Of a stretch of DNA of 20,000 nucleotides, positions 1 to 6,433 are shown piece after piece. Source of the stretch: Porphyridium purpureum. Taxonomy: Eukaryota. Both the position numbers and the translations under genes were made by a program. Below the pieces are notes generated by a model, which saw only the letters and a list, made by a program, of their open reading frames with translations, was not told the DNA's origin and did not search any database. Position 1 is the first letter of the stretch; each line of letters begins with the position of its first letter. The stretch lies in contig VRMN01000018.1 of assembly GCA_008690995.1 (NCBI GenBank), forward strand, positions 235,892 through 255,891, in the 5' to 3' direction.

Positions 1-419
1 ACCCGAATGCCTGCACGTTTCAACGCTGGGGCGGCGGCGCTTTCTCTCCACGCCGCAAGCCCATCAACGCCAATCGCAGCAACCCACAAACCGAACAAAC
101 GCCGCGCGCCTACCAGCGCAACCTCCAGCGAGTTTCTAGCAAAACGCGCTCGTTTAGAAGGAGCGATGCAACAGTACACTGGACGGACTGAACATAGCGC
201 TGTACACCTATGCATGTACAGTAGACTCATAAATGGTACAGTTGGTGCTCTAATTACATTGCAATGCGTATTGCGTGAGTACAGTCTGGAGATTGATCGG
301 ACTGCGTCGAGATCGCCCGTGCGTGTGGCGTGGCCGGTGCGGCGCATGGAGTTGTTGCGCTGGCGACGCGTTGGTGGCAGTTGGAGAGGGAGGAACGAAG
401 GCTTTGGAGGGCGCCCGGC

Positions 420-1232
420 ATGGCCTTTTTAGCCCTGAGTGGCCCGGTGGTCCGGCGGGCCCGGGGAGTCAGTTTACGCGGCTCGAGCGTGCCGCGTGAC
501 GGTCATTGGGCGAGACCGCGTGCGCCGAAATGCGGCCGCGTAGTCGTGATGGGCTCGTCCGCGGCGGCGTCTGGGGGCGCGAGTGAGAACCCGTATCGAG
601 CTCTGGGTGTTGCAGAGGATTGTTCGCATGAGGAGGTGGAAGCGGCGTTCGCGCGGTTGAAAGCCAAGCACGAGGATGACGAAACCAAGCTGGCGTACTA
701 TGAGGCGCTCAAAGACAGGATATTTGCGGACAAGCTACAAAAGCGATTGTCTGGTGCTGTGACAGCACGCTTCACATCATCGCCGGACGACCGCAAGAAG
801 CCCAAGAAAAAGTTCGTGTGGCCTGACTGGGTCAAGAAGCTCGTGAAGAAACCGGAAGCGCATGAGCTCAAGCGTGTAGGATTCCTGATGATTGCGATTC
901 TGATCGGCTGCGCGGCCGCTCCACCCATGAGCCAAACGTGGATAGGCTCCTCTGCGGTCATTTGCGGCGGCGCTCTGTACCAGCGCGGCGCACCGGAGCC
1001 CGTGCGCGATGAGTTTGGAAACATTGGCGAGGTGCAGGACATCAAGCGCAACGTGATGATTCGCACCATCGTCATCATGTTATTAGCCACAGCACTGGGC
1101 TTTGGCATCTCCAACCTCATTCTTTACACCCTGCCGTTACCACTGTGGATCAATCCGAACGTCTTTTCTGCATGGATCATGATCGCGTTCCAATACCTGG
1201 CATCCGTCATCTTCTACACGCAAGACATCTAG
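420..1232 (+). CDS. CPP1-like (chaperone-like protein of POR1 / DUF3353 family) plastid membrane protein with an HPD-less J-like domain
   Basis: ATG at 420 gives MAFLALSGPVVRR..., an Arg/Ser-rich transit-peptide-like leader starting MAF. NPYRALGVAEDCSHEEVEAAF...DRIFADKLQKRLSG is a J-like helical domain without HPD, followed by 3-4 hydrophobic segments. The ORF-track start at 330 is not an ATG. Confidence 0.75.
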   Translation: MAFLALSGPVVRRARGVSLRGSSVPRDGHWARPRAPKCGRVVVMGSSAAASGGASENPYRALGVAEDCSHEEVEAAFARLKAKHEDDETKLAYYEALKDRIFADKLQKRLSGAVTARFTSSPDDRKKPKKKFVWPDWVKKLVKKPEAHELKRVGFLMIAILIGCAAAPPMSQTWIGSSAVICGGALYQRGAPEPVRDEFGNIGEVQDIKRNVMIRTIVIMLLATALGFGISNLILYTLPLPLWINPNVFSAWIMIAFQYLASVIFYTQDI

Positions 1233-1405
1233 CGCGCGCCGTGCACCAATGTCGTCCAACAAGTAGAACATGCTGAGCGAAGATACACGGAAAAAAAAGT
1301 TTTCAGCCACGAAGCGCCCTGTGTCAGTCCTAGTCCGCGGCCCGAAGGCGCGTGCGGGGAGGTTTGTTCGGAGAAGGCCCCGTCTGGCCGGAACCGCGGT
1401 CGGCG

Positions 1406-2353
1406 ATGCGACGCAAGCTTGGGTTACTTGTGCTTGCGGTTGTGGTGGTGGCGTCGGCATCACTTTTGCGGGAGGGGCGGTGCGGTGAACCATCCAGGAC
1501 CGGCGGATTGCGGCGTGCTCGCGGCGTCGCTGGGTTCGGTAGCGTCCTCGGGGATGGAGAGGCCTCGTTGGTGAAGAAGGATGCGGATCGGAAGGCGTCA
1601 AGAAAGATCCACTTACGGATTCGTGCGCGCGAGGCGCGCTGCGTGTTTGAAAAGTTTGGGATTGGGACCAAGGTGCAAGGCGAAATCGCCATGTTAAGCA
1701 ACGGGGTGGGGGCCATGCGCATCGACTTGCTCGTGGTCAATTCACGCAACGAAAAGCTGTTTGAAAAGAAGGACTTGACGGAGCAGCTGGTGTACTCATT
1801 TGTGGTGAAGGCCGCAGACGACATAGAAGCGGCGTCACGTGCGGGTCGGGGCAGGCGCGCGCCCGAGCTAGATTCCTTGTCTTCTCAATCTGTATCAGCA
1901 AACGAGGTGCCGGATGATTTCGGTGCGCTAGGCTTGCGCCTGTCTGCACCACAGCCACCTGACTCTGACATGGTCCAAATCTGTCTCGTACACCATTTCC
2001 TAGCATTCGACTACGACCTGAACAGCCGGCGTGACGTGGTGCTATGGTTTCAAGCCGGTCCCAATGTCGAGGCGGCCGGCACCGAGAGGCAAATGCACTT
2101 CCTGCAAGCGACGGTGGCCAAACTTTCCGCTGCGATGCTGCAGCTGCAGACCGACATCAGCACGCAGAACGAGCTCGCTTCCGAGTCACACCTGCGTGAA
2201 AGCCGCCGCGCGTTGCTTCACCTGCTCCTCTGTGCTGTGCCAATCGCTATCCAGGTCCTTGTGTTCATTCTGCTGACGGCGTGCCGAAAGCCAGGTCACC
2301 CACCAGCTGCCACATTCGCATCCACGTCCGCCCCAGCCAAGAGACCGGCCTAA
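1406..2353 (+). CDS. p24/emp24/gp25L (GOLD-domain) cargo receptor-like type I membrane protein, divergent
   Basis: Signal peptide MRRKLGLLVLAVVVVASA; GOLD-like IHLRIRAREARCVFE...IDLLVVNSRNEKLFEKKD...YSFVV...QICL with the Cys pair; coiled coil (LSAAMLQLQTDISTQNE); one C-terminal TM helix and a short tail. Confidence 0.75.
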   Translation: MRRKLGLLVLAVVVVASASLLREGRCGEPSRTGGLRRARGVAGFGSVLGDGEASLVKKDADRKASRKIHLRIRAREARCVFEKFGIGTKVQGEIAMLSNGVGAMRIDLLVVNSRNEKLFEKKDLTEQLVYSFVVKAADDIEAASRAGRGRRAPELDSLSSQSVSANEVPDDFGALGLRLSAPQPPDSDMVQICLVHHFLAFDYDLNSRRDVVLWFQAGPNVEAAGTERQMHFLQATVAKLSAAMLQLQTDISTQNELASESHLRESRRALLHLLLCAVPIAIQVLVFILLTACRKPGHPPAATFASTSAPAKRPA

Positions 2354-2841
2354 CCTTTTTTTAACTGCCGAATTGTTAAATTGCTGTTTATATGAAAATA
2401 ACCCATTCTTATCATGTTGTGAACTGTACCAGAGGAACCCTAGACAAGCGCCAACTCGGGCGCGGTGTGCAAGTTGCGCGTGCGGGGCTGAGGGGAAGCG
2501 GGAGGAGTGGTTCGACGTCGACGACGACCACGATACTGACGACGACGACAGCAGCAACCGTCGCGACGACGAGCGCGGGCGCGGCGAGCGACAAAGGGGA
2601 ACGAGTTGCACGCGCGGGGAAACGAGCTCAGCCAGTGCGTTGACGTGGCTGTACAGGTACGCCCGACATTGAATTGTCGGAAAAGACGGATACTGGCTGA
2701 GCGTGGCGAGGCGCGAGACGACGTTGTTGGGTTTGGGCGGAACGCGCGCGGAAAGGCTCTCCTTGTCTGCGGAAGGGCCATGCGTCTTTATGGGAGACAA
2801 GTTGGACCGGTGATTAATTATTGGAGCTCTCGCTCGTGATC

Positions 2842-4515
2842 ATGCTCCCCGAGATTGACGGGTACAAAGTGATTCGCGCGCTCGGTGCAGGCCGGTCAGG
2901 TACTACCTACCTGGCTGTTCGCGATGGTAAGGAGGTCGCGGCAAAGTGTATATCGCGAGGCGACCGCGTGGATGAACATGCGGAGCGAGAGATTTTCATT
3001 CAGCGCGCGCTGAGATCAAGGCGCACCGTCAAACTGCAACGCGTGATCCTCACACAGACTCATCTCGTTCTCATTCTAGACGTCTGCTTGGGCGGCGACT
3101 TGTTTTCGTTGCTCAAGGAGCGTGCTAATGCAAGCGAGGACACGGTGCTTGCCGAGTCACAAGCATGGAAGCTGCTCCGAGAAGTTCTGCTCTCCCTGCG
3201 GTACCTTCATAGAAGAAGAATAGCGCACCGCGATATCAAGCCCGAGAACATTCTTCTCACCACCGGAAACATTGACATGGACGACCACGCGATCAAGCTC
3301 TGCGATTTTGGGTTTTCAGTTGTGTACGAAGGAGAAGAGACCGAAGCAACGGCAAAGTCGCCGTCTTCTGCATCATCAAGCCGCTCGTCGTCCAAATCAG
3401 CGTTGGGCGACGGCACGTTTGACGTCGAAGGTGTGGAGCCGGTCAAGTCGCTCGCGGCAGTGGGCACAACAGCGTACGTGGCTCCGGAGGTCTTAGACGA
3501 CGACCTACCGGACTACGATCCGTTTGCTGCAGATATTTGGAGCGTTGGTGTTTTGTTTTATACCATGCTTTCACCGTGCCTGCCTTTCCAGGATCCATTA
3601 GATATGGGGAAAAACTACAAGGGCATGGTGGAGCGCATCAAGCAAGGGCGGTACCGGCGGTTGCGGCGCGGGAAATACTCGGACGCAGCGGAAGAAGTGA
3701 TCCGTCGATCATTTGAAGTCGATCCTGCGCAAAGAATAAGCCTTGGCGAGATGCTGCAGATTGCGCAACGCCAAATTAATCGATGTCTGAGCGACGACAT
3801 TGAGCGATTGCGCCGTGCCAAAGAGTTGACGCCCGTGCCACAGGTTCCCGACGCCTTGCTACTGCGCCGCAAGCTCTCCAAAGTAGAGCAACAGAGGCGC
3901 ATGTTCAACGAGCTCCGGATAGGTTTGGCGAAGGCGCACCTGGAGAAGCTGGGCGCCACGGACATGGAAAGTAGGCTTGAAAGCCCCGACTCGGATCCAT
4001 CGCATCACGGCGCAGGTGAAGTGGCGAGCGAGTCGGACACGCCGCGGAGTATGCCGGGATTGAACAGAATGACCCTTGGTGACGCCAGTGGGGAACGTGG
4101 TTTTGGCACGGAACCGCCGTCGCCATCCTCCATGGCGCCGGTCGGCCGCGGGACGATCATTGCTGGCGACGGTCTGGTGCACGAAGCAGGCTCTCCGAAC
4201 GCAGCCTCTAGTCGGGCCGAATGCGCGCCCCCCATTTATGACTTTACGAACGACGATGTGGATGAGGAGGACGTGGAGTCTTCATGCTGCACGCAGAGTG
4301 TGGAGGAGCTGCGCGCGCTGGTTGGCGAAAGTCGCACGCGCGTCGTGCGCAAGCGCGCGCTGCCCGCCGCGCGACCGCCGATCACTGCCGCGGCGCCTCC
4401 CGTGCCGCACGACGCCGGCGTCGCCGTACACGCCGGCGGCGCGCCGTCTGCCGCCGCTTCAGACCCAACCAACCTGTTTGCCACCATGATGGCCGGCATG
4501 GCCAAACCGAGATAA
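2842..4515 (+). CDS. Ser/Thr protein kinase, SnRK2-like (CAMK group)
   Basis: LGAGRSG, VAAK, HRDIKPEN, KLCDFG, VGTTAYVAPE and DIWSVG are all present. SnRK2-like stretches: KCISRGDRVDEHAEREI, VILTQTHL, PFQDP..KNY...ERI and a C-terminal QSVEELRALVGES resembling the SnRK2 box. First in-frame ATG is at 2842. Confidence 0.85.
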   Translation: MLPEIDGYKVIRALGAGRSGTTYLAVRDGKEVAAKCISRGDRVDEHAEREIFIQRALRSRRTVKLQRVILTQTHLVLILDVCLGGDLFSLLKERANASEDTVLAESQAWKLLREVLLSLRYLHRRRIAHRDIKPENILLTTGNIDMDDHAIKLCDFGFSVVYEGEETEATAKSPSSASSSRSSSKSALGDGTFDVEGVEPVKSLAAVGTTAYVAPEVLDDDLPDYDPFAADIWSVGVLFYTMLSPCLPFQDPLDMGKNYKGMVERIKQGRYRRLRRGKYSDAAEEVIRRSFEVDPAQRISLGEMLQIAQRQINRCLSDDIERLRRAKELTPVPQVPDALLLRRKLSKVEQQRRMFNELRIGLAKAHLEKLGATDMESRLESPDSDPSHHGAGEVASESDTPRSMPGLNRMTLGDASGERGFGTEPPSPSSMAPVGRGTIIAGDGLVHEAGSPNAASSRAECAPPIYDFTNDDVDEEDVESSCCTQSVEELRALVGESRTRVVRKRALPAARPPITAAAPPVPHDAGVAVHAGGAPSAAASDPTNLFATMMAGMAKPR

Positions 4516-5260
4516 ATATAAACCCGCCTCCCGCCTCGCTCCCAAGAACGCAACGCCGCGGTACAGTATACACTGTACCTTCCCCCCTTCTCTAAAAATA
4601 GGCGCAGTACAGCTCGTTCCACAGCGCGGTGTCAAGACGCGCGCGCCGTTACAAACCGTCGACACCCCCCGCGGGTCGCATGTTGGCGTATTGGCGTATT
4701 GGCGCGCACACTCACGGTCCTGACGAATCGACCACGTTGGCACGTTGAGGCACGTGAAACAAAAAAAAACCCACGCACGTTCATGAAGTACTTGTCCAAA
4801 ACGCGCCAACAACGTGAAAAATTAAAACAAAAGCAAAAAAACAAAAAAGCAAGCAGCAGGAGGCCGGTTTCGGAACGTGGGTCACGGAGCGTGAGTGTGA
4901 GCACAGCGTGAACACAAAAAACCATGCAAAGAAATTAAGGGCCAGGGGGGGAAATGGCCTGTGACCAAATTTGGGTGGAGTGGTGTGCGTCCGATTTGAA
5001 TTTATTGGCCAGGCGGCTTGTGGTCAAAATCATAAAGCGGACAAGGTGGCCGTGGTGGGATTTCGCACGCGGGGTGACGGAATGTACTTAAGCACGGAGG
5101 ACGTCGATCCGGTTTAAATTCGTATGAGGGATGTGAGGCGGAGAAAGACGTAGGCAAGGTGGGGAGGTGGGGAGGTGACCTGTTGCCGTGCGGTGCGGTG
5201 GAGCAGCAGCGGCGGGGGCGGGGGTTGCCGGGTGTGGACGTGTGGCTGTGTGGGGGAAAG

Positions 5261-6289
5261 ATGGTGCGTGATGATGCGCGCAGAGTTCAGCCGCGCCGGC
5301 TGGTGGGGGCGCTGCCGCTGATGATCTTGCTCGTGGTTGCCGCGTGCAGCACGCACGCGCACGCGCAGTGCGCGCCAGGCTTTCAGCTGTTCCCGTACGT
5401 CATTTCGAGGTGGGGAGACACGAGCACGGACGTCCAGAATTGCAATCAAGTGTATATCCAGCGGCAATGGGAAAAGATGGACCTCGGAATGGAAGTCGGT
5501 GGCTTCACTTTCCCGCCCACAAACTGGTTCGCTACCGATTTTGATGACTCCTCGTGGGGGGCGGGCATCTTACCATTTGCAGGCAGTATCCAATGCGAGG
5601 AAGAGTTTGCGGTGGCCGTGCCGGGCTTCCCTAACATCGGCGTGGCGAACACGGTCTGGGATGCAAATGACGACAACAACCCAAACGACGGTCGTAACAG
5701 TTACTTGGCCGTGCGCCTCAAGTTTTTCCTGGCGCCAAATCTTTTCTTCCGGACCGAGTTCTTCTCGCTGGCGTTCATCGTGGACAATGATCTCATTGAA
5801 ATTTATGTTAACGGGCAAAGCCAAACGTTTGATGGCGCGGTCGGGCGCGAGGGATGCTCTGGAGTGACCCAAATCGTATCAAACCAACTGGATAGTTCGT
5901 TTCTCGTACCGGAAAATAATGTCATTGCCTTTTTGGCCGAAGACCGAGGTTCGCAAAGCTATCTTAACTACGAGCTCGTGGTGAGCGTATGCGAGCTGGC
6001 ACCCGTGGCGAACTTCACGTGTTCACTGACCACACCTCCTGCTCAGCCGTGCATGAGACCGTGCTCATCGGATACATCGCAGTGTGAGCTTCAACCAGAC
6101 TGCTTGCTAGAAGGCCTGGTTGCGGACGAAAACGGAAACTGCCTGTGCGAATTGGTGGACGAAGTTATCTGCCCGTCAATCGAGCCAGGCTTTATCCCTG
6201 GTGTTTGCTACCCCAAGACCACGAGACAGAGCATCAGGCTTCTTTCGTGCGACAACACCGGGACTGAGTTATGTCGCGCGCCGTCCTAA
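5261..6289 (+). CDS. Secreted protein: galactose-binding-like jelly-roll domain plus a 12-Cys C-terminal region
   Basis: Signal peptide ...LPLMILLVVAACSTHAHA|QC. The motif order WFATDFDDSSWGAG..PF / YLAVRLKF / IVDND..EIYVNG / L...NNVIA matches carbohydrate-binding jelly-roll modules. There are 12 Cys in the last ~100 aa. Confidence 0.6.
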   Translation: MVRDDARRVQPRRLVGALPLMILLVVAACSTHAHAQCAPGFQLFPYVISRWGDTSTDVQNCNQVYIQRQWEKMDLGMEVGGFTFPPTNWFATDFDDSSWGAGILPFAGSIQCEEEFAVAVPGFPNIGVANTVWDANDDNNPNDGRNSYLAVRLKFFLAPNLFFRTEFFSLAFIVDNDLIEIYVNGQSQTFDGAVGREGCSGVTQIVSNQLDSSFLVPENNVIAFLAEDRGSQSYLNYELVVSVCELAPVANFTCSLTTPPAQPCMRPCSSDTSQCELQPDCLLEGLVADENGNCLCELVDEVICPSIEPGFIPGVCYPKTTRQSIRLLSCDNTGTELCRAPS

Positions 6290-6433
6290 ACCGGCCTTTG
6301 CTCTCATTCCACTGTGGCCGACAAAGATGGGAAAGGCCACCTCAGAAATTAACATGTATTTCACAAAGTCCCAGAAAGTAAAAAAAATTATATTAACCAA
6401 CTCTCGAGTGCGTGCATTCGATCCTTCCAAAAC

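Noticed and set aside
7..432. 141-aa plus-strand ORF at the window start
   Set aside because: No recognisable domain. It runs across the motif-rich promoter region and overlaps the CPP1-like start in another frame.
2436..2443. AACCCTAG as a possible telomerase RNA template
   Set aside because: Too short, the telomere repeat is unknown, and no supporting promoter or structure was seen. Expected by chance.
2373..2672. Small ORFs over the GAC-rich tract (DVDDDHDTDDDDSS)
   Set aside because: Low-complexity trinucleotide sequence that is open in several frames, with no family motif. More likely promoter or 5' UTR of the kinase.
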